A program made the position numbers and the translations under genes. Of a DNA stretch of 64,000 nt, positions 11,653-22,485 are shown piece by piece; the first letter of the stretch is position 1; the number at the start of each line of letters is the position of its first letter. Below the pieces are notes generated by a model that saw only the letters and a program-made list of their open reading frames with translations, had not been told where the DNA came from and did no database searches. Where the stretch lies: NCBI GenBank assembly GCA_017654855.1, contig CM030336.1, positions 3,844,001 through 3,908,000 on the forward strand, given 5' to 3'. The DNA is from Podospora anserina. Lineage: Eukaryota.

Positions 11653-13224
11653 ATGGCTCCAGAACCGGGTCGGTCCCGCAACAATCGACGATTTCATCCT
11701 TATGGGAGTTCTTATGTTGATTCCCCGCTCAGATTTCTGAGGCGACCTACTGATCCGAATGTTCGGTCGCTCTCAGCAGCAGATTCTGGCAGCGAGGATC
11801 AGCAGGACGATAGCACGTTTTCTTCTCTTGCGGACAGTGTACTATTTGAGAGCGACTCGAACGACGGGCCCTCTCATTTAGACGACCATAGCGATACAGA
11901 AGAGTCCCACGAGCTGGGGTCTTCTTCCAATCCGATCGACCTGGCTAGTCTCCTTATTAATTCCCAGACGCCACCTGGCAAGAGTGTCGCCGGCAAGACC
12001 GTTTCACGGTTTAAAGTTGCCCCTCAGCCCGATTTTGGCAATCAAAAGTCAAAAAGAGGTGGACCACAGTCTGCGAAAGCTCCGGTCACCCCAAACGTGA
12101 TCCAGCCTCGGCAACGCTCTCACTCAGATCTCATCAGCCACAAACCAGCAGAGTCCAAGGCAGCAGCATCCCGGAATCACAGCAATCAAAACCACACAGA
12201 TTCTCAAGGCACAAATCCCACCAAAGAAAACAAGATCACACTCCGAGTCCCTCCCCGCAACCACCCAAGGACGACCGTTACCAATCTCTCACCTCGATCT
12301 GCTCCACAGCAGAATCGCACCAGCCAACCGGACACTTTACCCCCTATGACCCCCCAAAAGCGACCCCCAACCCAACCCGTTCCTCACGACCGTCCCACCC
12401 AGCAACGCCGGCTCATGGCCCCCCCTCCCGCAGCACCATCCACTATCGGACCCAGCAGCCCACCTACCAACGTGCCCCGGCCCCCTCAAAACAACCAAAT
12501 GGACCTCTCCCTCCAACTCCAAACCGCCCTCTCCACCACCGCCCTCCCCTTCCCCTCCCTCCCCTTCCTAACCCGCCTAGTCCAATCCCGCAACCCCCCT
12601 CCCCCCTTCCCCTCTTTATTAGCAACCACCCGCGCGAGAATATTATCCTCAGACATCACCACCGACATCCTCGACCCAGTCTACATCAATTCCCACTCCC
12701 TCCCCACTGAGATATCCAACCCTCTCACAAAATCTGCCACCTTGCCTCACGACGTGGTGGTTCAAGTGTTGGATATCATCAACATCTCCAAGTCAAAGTG
12801 GGAGCAAGTGGAGGAGTTGGAAGCCAAGGCTCGGGGGGAGGAGAAGAGGGGGAGGGAGGTTGTCAGGTTACCTACCGCGAGGGGGGATGGGGAGGTTGAT
12901 CAAGGGACGCAGGCGGGGACACAGTTCCAGACGCAGCAAAGGGGAGAAGGGAAAGCAACGCATAGAATTCTTTTTCAGGATCCAAAAGGGGGAAAGATTT
13001 ACGGGCTGGAATTGGTCAGGGTGGAGAAGCTTGGTGTGGGGAAGACGAATATGGGGGAGAAGTGGCTATTGAAAAAGGGAACGAGCGTGAGCAGGGGGGT
13101 GGTGATGCTCGAGCCGGGGAGGTGTGAGTGTTTGGGTGGGAAGGTGGAGGTTTGGAATCGGGCGTGGAATGAAGGGCGGTTGGAGAGGTTGAGGGGGGAG
13201 GCGACTGGGGAGGGCACTGGTTAG
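11653..13224 (+). CDS. RMI1: RecQ-mediated genome instability protein Rmi1; conserved part from ATG 12499, preceded by a 282-codon in-frame extension
   Basis: PPPPFPSLLATTRARILSSDI, VVVQVLDIINISKSKWEQVEELE and GEKWLLKKGTSVSRGVVMLEP...LGGKVEVWN match the RMI1 N-terminal/OB fold. The true start codon is uncertain. Confidence 0.82.
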   Translation: MAPEPGRSRNNRRFHPYGSSYVDSPLRFLRRPTDPNVRSLSAADSGSEDQQDDSTFSSLADSVLFESDSNDGPSHLDDHSDTEESHELGSSSNPIDLASLLINSQTPPGKSVAGKTVSRFKVAPQPDFGNQKSKRGGPQSAKAPVTPNVIQPRQRSHSDLISHKPAESKAAASRNHSNQNHTDSQGTNPTKENKITLRVPPRNHPRTTVTNLSPRSAPQQNRTSQPDTLPPMTPQKRPPTQPVPHDRPTQQRRLMAPPPAAPSTIGPSSPPTNVPRPPQNNQMDLSLQLQTALSTTALPFPSLPFLTRLVQSRNPPPPFPSLLATTRARILSSDITTDILDPVYINSHSLPTEISNPLTKSATLPHDVVVQVLDIINISKSKWEQVEELEAKARGEEKRGREVVRLPTARGDGEVDQGTQAGTQFQTQQRGEGKATHRILFQDPKGGKIYGLELVRVEKLGVGKTNMGEKWLLKKGTSVSRGVVMLEPGRCECLGGKVEVWNRAWNEGRLERLRGEATGEGTG

Positions 13225-13659
13225 GATCGGAGTTCAAAAGGGATGGGGGGAAAGGAAGGGGGTTGTTGGTACTGCAGCTCAGTACAATGTGTAGTAGCCG
13301 TTAATTTATATCCTTTCAAAAGGGGAACTAGGCATATCAAGTATATTTTGGGGTTTATCAGCCATCTAGCTATCTTTCAAGGTCTATTAGCTACTTCTAA
13401 AAGAATTTCGAGCATCTTTAAAGGCTTATTGACCATCCTTTGAGGCATAGTTTAGGGTACTATCATACGTCAGCTTACCTTGCAGTGCCAGTTACTTTTT
13501 GTCCACAGCGTAGCGAGGTCATTGTTTTGTTGAGGGTGTAGCATCGAAAGAGTGAAGAGTAAGGTGAAAGTGAAGGAGGAGTGATATGGGAGGCACTGAT
13601 GGCTGCTGAACCTGCGGTTGCTGCAGCTCCGGTAGGTCCCCCACCCCGCGACCGGCCAC

Positions 13660-14714
13660 CTAAACCGTCTGCATCCTCATATCACTCGGCAAATCTTCAG
13701 CATCCACTATCTGGAAGGGATCCTGATCCTCCTCGCTAATCAACACCTCCAGCCCCTCCACCTCCTTCAGCTCCTCCTCCAACTGTCCCTTGAGGACATC
13801 CCTCAAGAAAGCCCTCTCCGAATTACTGTGAAACACACTGATCACCGCCTTCCCCTCCATGACAAGCTTGAGCGCAGGATGGTGCGACATCTCGCCGGTA
13901 ACAATCAGATCAGCGTCCTTGACACCGGCCAGTACGCTCTCCCCGCTCCCTGGGCAGACAGCCACTGTCTTGACCATGAACTGCCCTTCTGATTTGGGGC
14001 GGGCGACCATGACGTGTTTTAGGCCGCCGAGGCCTTTGGCGTAGAGCTTTACTAGTTCTCCAAGGCCGGCTGGTTTGGAGAGTTGGACTTTTCGGCCATA
14101 ACCAGCGCCGGCGAATTTCTCGGGGAGGGAGGAGGCGTCGACTGGGGTTACGGTGGAGATGGTGGTGGTGCGGTCTGGGAGGGAGGAGAGCATCTGGGCG
14201 AGCCAGTCGGCCATGCCACCTGGGGCGGCGTCGATGGCTGTGTGGGGGGAGTAAACGGCGATGTTGTGTTGGGCCAGCAGCAAAATAATGCGCTGTTGGG
14301 GGTCGGCCAGGGTGATGGACTTGAGGCCGCGGAAGATGAAAGGGTGGTAGGAGACTATTACAGAGGCTTTGCGGGAAATGGCATCTTGGGCGACCGCGGG
14401 AGTGAGGTCGTTTGTGAGGAGGACCACAGGGGAGGTGGTTGTAGCTGTGGAAGGGGTGGTGAAGTTTTCTTGGAGGAGGCCAACGTTGTCCCAGTTGCGG
14501 TCGGCAAGAGACTCAGGGTACCTGCAGTCCCGTTAGTATTTATACATTGAATAAACAAAAAGAAGACTTGCAAGGCCTGCATGGCCTTGACGACTCGCTC
14601 GGTAAAGGCAGGGCGCTGCATGGCGGCCATGGTGAAGGTTCTCGGTTGGGTAGAGTTGGCAAAGGACGAAATGAGTCTTGGTGTTGTTCTGAGGAGAGAA
14701 GAAGTGAAGTTCAT
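13660..14714 (-). CDS. NIF3: NIF3 (Ngg1-interacting factor 3 / DUF34) protein; intron about 14522-14570
   Basis: YPESLADRNWDNVGLL, VLLTNDLT, SYHPFIFRGLK, YSPHTAIDAAPGG, TGEMSHH, HSNSERAFL. Confidence 0.9.
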
Positions 14715-14997
14715 CTGTGACTGAGCTTTTGTTGATGAGATTTTGTAGCGAGAGTGAGGTCACAGGTGAAATGCTTGCAGTGTAAGAGCTTCAGTGAGAG
14801 ACTAGACAGTGAGAAGGTAGAGAGGTGGAGAGGTGGGGTGAAAGGTGAACGAACCAACCAAAGCAAACTGAATGCTGGATGGGAGCAATTCCACACACAA
14901 AACCCCAACCCTTATCAGATCTTGCCAAGCATAACATGGCGGGGCAGTCACAAAGTCTGAGCAACATCACTATTCTTCATCGACAGAAACACACACC

Positions 14998-15419
14998 ATG
15001 GCCCAGTCAATCACCGAAGACTCCGTAAGGGCGGCCCTCACCGACCGCCTCAAGGCCTCTCATGTCGAGGTTCGGGACATGTCCGGTATGCCCGCTGCTT
15101 TCCTCTGTCACATGCCCCTGACGTCATTTTCAGTTGAGAATGAAACCCGCCGATGCTGACACAGTTTGAATCACAAGGTGGCTGCGGGCAAGCCTTCACA
15201 TCGTTGATTGTCTCGCCCGAGTTTGTGGGCAAGAACTCGCTAAAGAGGCATCGGCTGGTCAATGCCGCCCTCAAAGACGAAATCGCGCAGATACACGCCT
15301 GGAGCGCGAAGTGTCAGACACCGGAGGAATATGAAAAGGAAAAGGCAGCGACAGGAGGGAATGAGGGGCCGCCGTTGGATGGGACGGCAGGAGGTGAGGT
15401 GACGGGCGTCAGTCAGTAG
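14998..15419 (+). CDS. BolA-family protein (Bol2/Fra2-like); intron about 15087-15177
   Basis: Spliced sequence MAQSITEDSVRAALTDRLKASHVEVRDMSGGCGQAFTSLIVSPEFVGKNSLKRHRLVNAALKDEIAQIHAW carries the BolA SGGCG and RHRLVN motifs. Confidence 0.88.
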
Positions 15420-16415
15420 GAGGGGCAGGCTTTTGGGGGCGGTAGAGCAAGGCGTTCTGGCCGGGTTTGATACACCATTGGTATAAACATTTTGTTTCTT
15501 GATTATTTCTTGTTTCTCCAAAAATGACAGCCTTGACAGATCGCGTGAGAGAGGGGTTGGGACGAAGGCTGAAGGGGCTGCTTTCCCAAATAGGAGGTCG
15601 GTGGAAGAAGGTGTGTGTCACACACATCTCAGGCTCCCCCATGGGATGACTACTTTCCAAACTCTTTTCATCTTTGGCTCTCGAGAGTGCGTATTTACTT
15701 CAACTCGCATCAATTTACCTCGAATCTATCAGTTCAGGAAGTTTGAGCTTCATCATGTGATACTCTGGCTCAAAGACTCCATCTGGCCGGGCGCTTGCCG
15801 TCAGTAGCCGCCAAGTACATTTTGTACAGCCTCACTTGGAGATCACCAACATTTGGCTCATGCCACCCACACACCCTGCCCACAAAATAATTGAGACACC
15901 AAAGTAAGTTAACCCATATCATGCTATGAACTATGCCTCAAAGGTAATTCAATATGCCTTTGAACGAACTTTCAAGGCCTGTTAACTGTCTTTGAAGGCC
16001 TACAAACCATCTTTAAAGGCCTATGGACTATCCTCCAACCCATGTTAACCTACTTTAGTGTCTTAATTATTTTCTGGTGAGGGTGCCACACAATTACGAC
16101 GGCCTCCATTGCGGCTGGATTGTTTCAAAGACTGCCATTCGCTGCTGTCCCACGTTTTCCATCCAATGTTTGGTTTCATCACCCACGCCGGCTTGCTACT
16201 GCATTATCCCATCGATGGAGGGCGGACGAGGCTGGGAGGGAGCCATGCTGACCAATGACTGACCGGTTTGAGCAGATGTGAAGGGGATCCTGGCCACAAT
16301 AAATGGCCGTCTTTTCACGATGGTCTGCTTGGAGTACGTGGTATTCTCTCATGTTCCAACTTGAGCTATACGCTCACTCGGTCTGTTAACAGCACCTTGA
16401 TCACTACTGCGAAAC

Positions 16416-18716
16416 ATGGAAAACTCTCGTGTGGATGAGTTGCTCAAATCATTGGAGCTTCTTCAACAATCCATCAAAACTCTTCATCAGTATCGAGAAG
16501 CGCAGTCCAATCCGGTTCAGCGTCCTCGCCCATCGAGTGTTGACTGGCCCGCCTCCACTCTTCAAAGAGTTGCCACCATCTCCAACGCACCTCCTCAGTC
16601 CGCCGTCACTACATCCGCTCGCCGGCTCACAAATGAGTCTCCGAGATCACGGCCAACACTCATCAATGATGGAATCCCAAAGAGAGAACACTCCCCCGAC
16701 TTTCTCACCTTGACCAGTCCGCCTGCCTCCCGCAGCAGCAGCTCGCAATCGTCGCCATCCTGTGTCATAGAGGCATTGCCTAGCATAGAGAAGACCGAGG
16801 AAGAGCTCGTCTCACATCTCCAATCCATTAAATCAACCGAAGATGGATCCACATCAGGCACCATAATTGCCCTGGCAGACGCATGGGAGAGGAGGGACGA
16901 GTTGACACCCGCCAACCTGCTCACATCGTTCGAGACAGGAGAGGGCACCAAATATGAACACACCAGCTATCAGATATATGAGGTCGACAGAGACGGCGTG
17001 CCCACTCAGATACGTCCACTTTGTCTTGTAAAAGGCTCAGCCTGTCCCAATCATGGGGACGAGAACGGAGAGAACAGAGACATATCCGTCTGGCCCGTTC
17101 TGAAGACTATCAACGCCGACGGGAACGCCGTCGGTAGGATATCGTCAGTCACCCCTCATCCCATCATCAAAGACCCCTTGTGCTGACCGCCCTGAAGAAT
17201 TCTCCAAGAACCCACCCCCGTCATGCTCGCCGCCACCCATCTCACCATGAAAGACCACTTCGACATGGACGAGCTCCTCTCCCACCTCGTCACCACCGCC
17301 GGCAACAAAGGCAAAACCAAAGCCTACCTCAACCGCTCCATCGAGCCCACTCCCCTCCGTCAGCGCTCCTTCTTTTTCGTCTTCAAATACTACACCATCA
17401 TCGCCTCGGGCCACCCCCCTACCCCCTGGCAACCCTTTGATCCCCGCCCATTAGACCACCGCTCGCCGGATCACATAGACATAACCGAATGCTCCTCCAT
17501 CCTCGCCCTCTCCCTCTCCGGGCCCGTCTCCTCCCAGGTCAAAGTGCGGGCAAAACGCAAGACCAAGTCGGGGAACCTGTACAGCACCTTTGCCCCCTGG
17601 CATTTGGTCAACATCCAGTACTTTCCCGACGACCACCACTCCCCCTTCCCCACCATCCGCTCCGACGGCACGCAGAAACACTTTCTCAACGGGCCGCACG
17701 CGTTTTTGGATGCTTTGAGGCTGGAATACCGCGACGCGATCAAGCGCTACACCGAACTGAACGAGTCGATAACAAAACTGATCACGCCCCCGAATCAGTT
17801 CATGTTTGACGTCCGGCTTCGGGACAAGCTCCTGTTTGAAGACTCGCACTTTACCTACTCGCGGCGGTATTTCTGGGCGTATAACACGCTGGGGGTTATC
17901 AATGAAGGCATCAAATCCATGAGCGCGGCGTACGTGAATAACTTCACGAGGGATTTTTGGGAGGGGAGACACCCGACGCTGTGGCCTTGTGCCAGCAATG
18001 GCGGCGACTACCTGGGCAAACTGGATATTCTACGTCAGGACCTGGAGCAGGCGGTTTCGGAGCTGAAGGTGGTGTATGATAGGAATGAGGCCACGAGGAC
18101 GGAGATTAGGAGTCTGAGGGAGCAGTTGTTTAGTGGGAGTTCGGTCAAGGAGAGCAGGAGGGCGATCGAGCAGGGGAAGAATATCAAGATACTGACGAGC
18201 GTGTCGATGGTCTTTTTGCCGTTGACGTTTGTGGTTGGGGTGTTTAGTATCACGACGTTGGAGATTGAGCCGGAGGATTGGAGGTTTGGGGTTACGCTTG
18301 TTGGGGTGTGTGTACCGTTTTTTGTGCTGATTCTGGTGTTGCAGAGTATGGATAGTGTGAGGAGGGGGTGGGGGTGGGTGAGGGGGTTGGGGGGAAGAGT
18401 GTTTGGGCTGAAGGGGAAGGGGAAGGGGAAGAGGGAGGTGGGAGGGGGTGAGGGGACGGGGTTTGGGGGGGATAGGAGGCATTTGTATCATCATTATCAG
18501 GAACGGGGGATCGGGGGCGGGGAGGTAAGGAGGGCGCAGACGGGGTTGGGGGGGGAGGGAGAGGGGAGGTGGTTTGGGAGGGGGGTGTGGAAGGGTTGGG
18601 GTTGGGGTTGGGGTTGGGGTTGGGGGTGGAGGGTGCCGAACTGGAGGAGGAGAGAGGAGTCGCTGGATTTAAGGATGGAGAAGGGTGAGGTTGGGAGGGA
18701 GAAGAGGGTTGGATGA
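16416..18716 (+). CDS. Fungal membrane protein with C-terminal CorA-like transmembrane domain; intron 17144-17197
   Basis: Two ORFs join in frame through GTCAGT...GCTGAC...AAG. The C-terminus has ESRRAIEQGKNIKILTSVSMVFLPLTFVVGVFSI plus a second hydrophobic helix, typical of fungal CorA-like tails. The canonical GMN motif is absent. Confidence 0.7.
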
Positions 18717-18769
18717 GGCATGGCAAAGCTCAGTATTTACAAAATACAAGCGAGGATATAAATTTAATA

Positions 18770-19933
18770 TGAGAGATGCTCAGGGGAGCTGCCTCTTTGG
18801 CTTTTGGGAGCTACATCCCAACATTCTCACGAAAACATCATCCCACCATCGGAAGCCAAAGAGGTAGCTCCCCCGAGTATCTCTCAAACTCATTATTCCC
18901 ACCATTCGCCATGGTGACAATCAAAGTGCTACCGCCTTCTAAGGCTCTTGCCCACCTCTACTATAGACGACCTCCGCAGCCAACTCGACACTCTGCGATT
19001 CTCCCCTCCACCGGTCGACCATCTTGCTGGTCGCCCAAAGTTAATCGACAACCTCGAGGACTTTTGGAAAGAGCATTTGCACAAGGTTGATCTCACAGGA
19101 ACCGAATCCGGAGGAGGCAGTTTTGGCCAAGGGGGCGGTTCAATGACTTGCAGCGAGCGGCTTTGTTTGGATTGGGCTGGCCCTCGGTGATCTCCACCAC
19201 CTTTGGACCGACAGATTCCGACACTTGAGTGCTTGGTGGCTGGGGCAATTCTAATTCCAGGTGCCGCATTTTCTGAACTTGTGGTGGTGGTCGAGCAACT
19301 TGATGTTAGCTTTGGTGGTCTTAACCTGCTGCACACACCGCCAGAGTTGAGATGTGTTCTGGGTCCTCTGGATGGAACATCGCCGTTCCAACGTCCCTTG
19401 GAGGAGAATGTGGCAAGCCATAGGATTATCCCCTGGGGTTGTTGAACCAGGAAGGTACACGGAACCGGACGCTGGTCGAGTGGTGTTTGGTGTGTTACGG
19501 CTGGAGGTTCTTTTACCCTATGACACTTTTACCAAGAGGGATTAGTTGGAAGGATGAGAAGGAGATACCCAAGAAGCTGTTCTCCGCGGCGAGAATAACC
19601 ACAGATGATAGCGGGTGGAATGTAGTCATGCTTGATGACCTAACACCACGCAATTTCTGGGCAAGGGGGTTTTGTGGGTTCAAATGCTTGGGCGCAGAGA
19701 GGATACCGGACAACGGAATGATGCGAATTACTCACGAGTTTCACTGGATGCCCGTTATTAAGCCGGAGGCGGCTTGGGAGATAGTCGGGGACCTGGAAGC
19801 GTCGTGGGGGGCAATGGGCAGGACATATCGCGATGTTGTTGGAGAGGGGACAGGTCTTATTTCTGGGGACAGGTGGTATGTGGATGTTGAACATGCAGAA
19901 ATAAATAGCGAGATACAAGAAGTAAGGTACTGA
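18770..19933 (+). pseudogene. Probable disrupted orphan gene
   Basis: Chain of protein-like ORF pieces (18948-19190, 19203-19445 in the same frame after one TGA, 19354-19545, 19439-19933) broken by stops and frame changes without obvious introns. Confidence 0.4.
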
Positions 19934-20289
19934 ACCGAATCGACTGTCAGGTTGGTCATCCCCAGTTACCTATCAGCTTTTTTAGATCTGGAGGAAGGGG
20001 TTGCTGGTCAGTGGTCGGCTCGACAATGCCTTATCCAGATATTGCTCACAAATGCACGTGAGACAGCAATTAAGCGTAAATGCGACAGAAACCATCGCCA
20101 GCCGATGTGATCAATTCAACAGCAGCAGAACGTCTAGGGTATGAATTCCGAAATGCCTCCAAACCTCCCGCAGTCCCGCTTGCAAAAATGACAAACACAT
20201 ATCCCAGGCGCTCTAACCCCAGTCATTATCCGTCACATCATATTCCTGCTTTATGTTTCCTTCGCACTCCCAACCCTTCAAGGGGCGGT

Positions 20290-21274
20290 TCAGTGCACCA
20301 TGGCATCAGCCTGGGGCGCTGGGGCGCCAGAAGGGGCGCCAGCGGCAGGAACGGCAGGCTTGTCGACCTCCATCTCATCAGTTTCCATCGCATCGCCGTC
20401 GAGCTCTTCCTCCTCGAGGTCGTCTTCACTCTCTCCCTCGATGTCGACACTGCCGTCATCGGAGAGCTCTTCCTCGTCAACAGCACCGTTCTCGCCCTCA
20501 ACGCCTTCCATGGCAGCATCCTTATCAGCACCAGTGGCCTCGCCAACGTCAGCAGCCTCCTCCGCTAGCTCAGCCTCCTCCTCCTCGGCAAGCTCCTCAG
20601 CACCATACTCCTCCTCATCAGCAACCAAATCGGCCTCAGGCTGCTCAGGAGGGAACTCGGCAGGAGCAGTAGCCTCGGAGTCCCTATTTTTTTCAAGTCG
20701 TATTAGCAACCTGCCCCACTCTGTCGCAGACTGTAAAATGTAACATACCACTTAATGTTGAACCTAGTCACACGTGGCTTCTCAGCCAACACGTTGCGCT
20801 TGATCTTCTCGATAATGGGCTTGGCAGGGGGGTCGTTCTGGAGCTCTTCGGACTCGTACTCGTTGTTGACATAGTAACCAACACGGACGAACTCGCGGCC
20901 GTCGTAGGCGCAGGTGAGGAGGATGACGGTGACGCCGAGGAGCTCGTCGTCGGGGATGAGCTTGGTGTCGGGGGGGTTGGCCTCAAAGGCGAACTTGTTG
21001 ACGCCCACGGGGATGGGGCCGACGAGGAGGGAGTCGAGCTCCTGGTCGTGGGAGTCGCTTTGGGCGGAGCCGACGTAGGTGAGCTTCCACTCGAGGTCTG
21101 TGTTTTGAGATGAGAGGGTTAGATATGGGTGGAAACAAAAGTCGGAAAAAAAGTTGCAAACATACCCTTCTCAAGTGGCTCCAGGCACTCGAATGTGATC
21201 TCAAAAAGGTACTTGTCGGTGAACCTGGCGGGGTTGTTGGCCACATTGACGCCGAGAAGCGTGACGACAGACAT
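20290..21274 (-). CDS. ASF1: Histone H3-H4 chaperone Asf1; two introns (about 21098-21164 and about 20685-20748)
   Basis: [63 protein letters not shown], then an acidic tail. Confidence 0.97.
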
Positions 21275-21320
21275 TTTGAGTTTGTGTTTCAAAATAAGAT
21301 AAAACAGTTGAATCCAGAGA

Positions 21321-21375
21321 AGAGAGAGAGTGTGTGTGTGAGTGAGTGTGTGTGAGTGAGAGAGAGAGAGAGAGA
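21321..21375. repeat. Compound (GA)n/(GT)n microsatellite in the ASF1 5' region
   Basis: Read directly from the sequence. Confidence 0.85.
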
Positions 21376-21967
21376 AAAGCAGAGTCGGCGCCTGCTGTGC
21401 GTAGTTGGTGATGGTGGTGGTGGTGAGAAAGTGGAAAATGGTTGGGCGGTGATGGTGGGAAAAAGAAGGGAAAGGCAACAGGAAAGGCGCTAAGAAGGAA
21501 ACAGAGATTTGTTTGTTTTGAATGGACAGCGCTTCGACCTTTTTTAATTCTGGTCACTGGATGGCAACGCAGTCCCGTCTTGTCTCGTTTTAGGTGGGCA
21601 AAAAGGTGGGCACTTTTCAGCTTGAACTCATCAAACACAGAGGCACAGGCTCCGTCGCGCTGCCACGGGGGGGCATTCACTGTTGAGTCGTGTCGCTCTC
21701 TCAGGGTCGCGTAGAGTGCCAGCCAGGGAGTCGCGTCCCCTGGGCTCCTAATTAGGTCAGCGAATTGCCGCCCAATTCCCCACTGTCCTGTCTCCCGCTT
21801 CCCCACTGTGCGTGCCACCTGGCCCAGGCCCATCTATCCACAAGCCACATTGAGCCACAGCTTGGCAGAAAGAAAACCAAGCGCATGTACTCGCGCTTCC
21901 ATCTCTTGTCCATCTCTTATCACACCTTGAAGACGTGTGTCGAACTATAAATCTTCGACGACGGCGA

Positions 21968-22001
21968 CAACAACAACAACAACAACAACAATAACAACAA
22001 C
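21968..22001. repeat. (CAA)n microsatellite in the ASF1-RNA14 intergenic region
   Basis: About 11 CAA units with one TAA variant. Confidence 0.85.
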
Positions 22002-22485
22002 TTTGCTCCACAACGGCATCATTGAGAACAATAGCAGCATCCTCTCTTGAATAGCACAGCCTACATTCAATATCTGGGTCCTGCTTACTGCGCGACTCCC
22101 AGTCCCCAGTCCCCCAGTTCTTTGTGTGCGCTGCCAAAAAAAAGGCCTTGTTGGTCAAAATCTCCGTCTCTTGTGATCCATGCGACGCAACGATTCTCAG
22201 TGACTCTGCGTAATTTTTTTCTTCTTTTCGCTAGCTTCCTGCTCCCACCCACCCTTTCTTCCCGCCTCTATCGCCATCACAAGTGCTGTGTCTCTCATCG
22301 ACGGTGGACCTACCTACCCCAATTGCGGTTTCCCCAAGCAGCACTGATCCGAGTTTTCTACCATCACCACCGTTTGATATCGGCGCATCACCACTTTCGA
22401 CCTCGGCAGCCTTGCCAATTGCGGCAGCGATACCTTCCCCTCGACCGAGACCTTCAGGTCATTATCAACATCTTCACATTACACA

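Noticed and set aside
19188..19190. In-frame TGA as an A-to-I-correctable premature stop
   Set aside because: Fungal editing favours UAG context, and additional frameshifts disrupt the same region.
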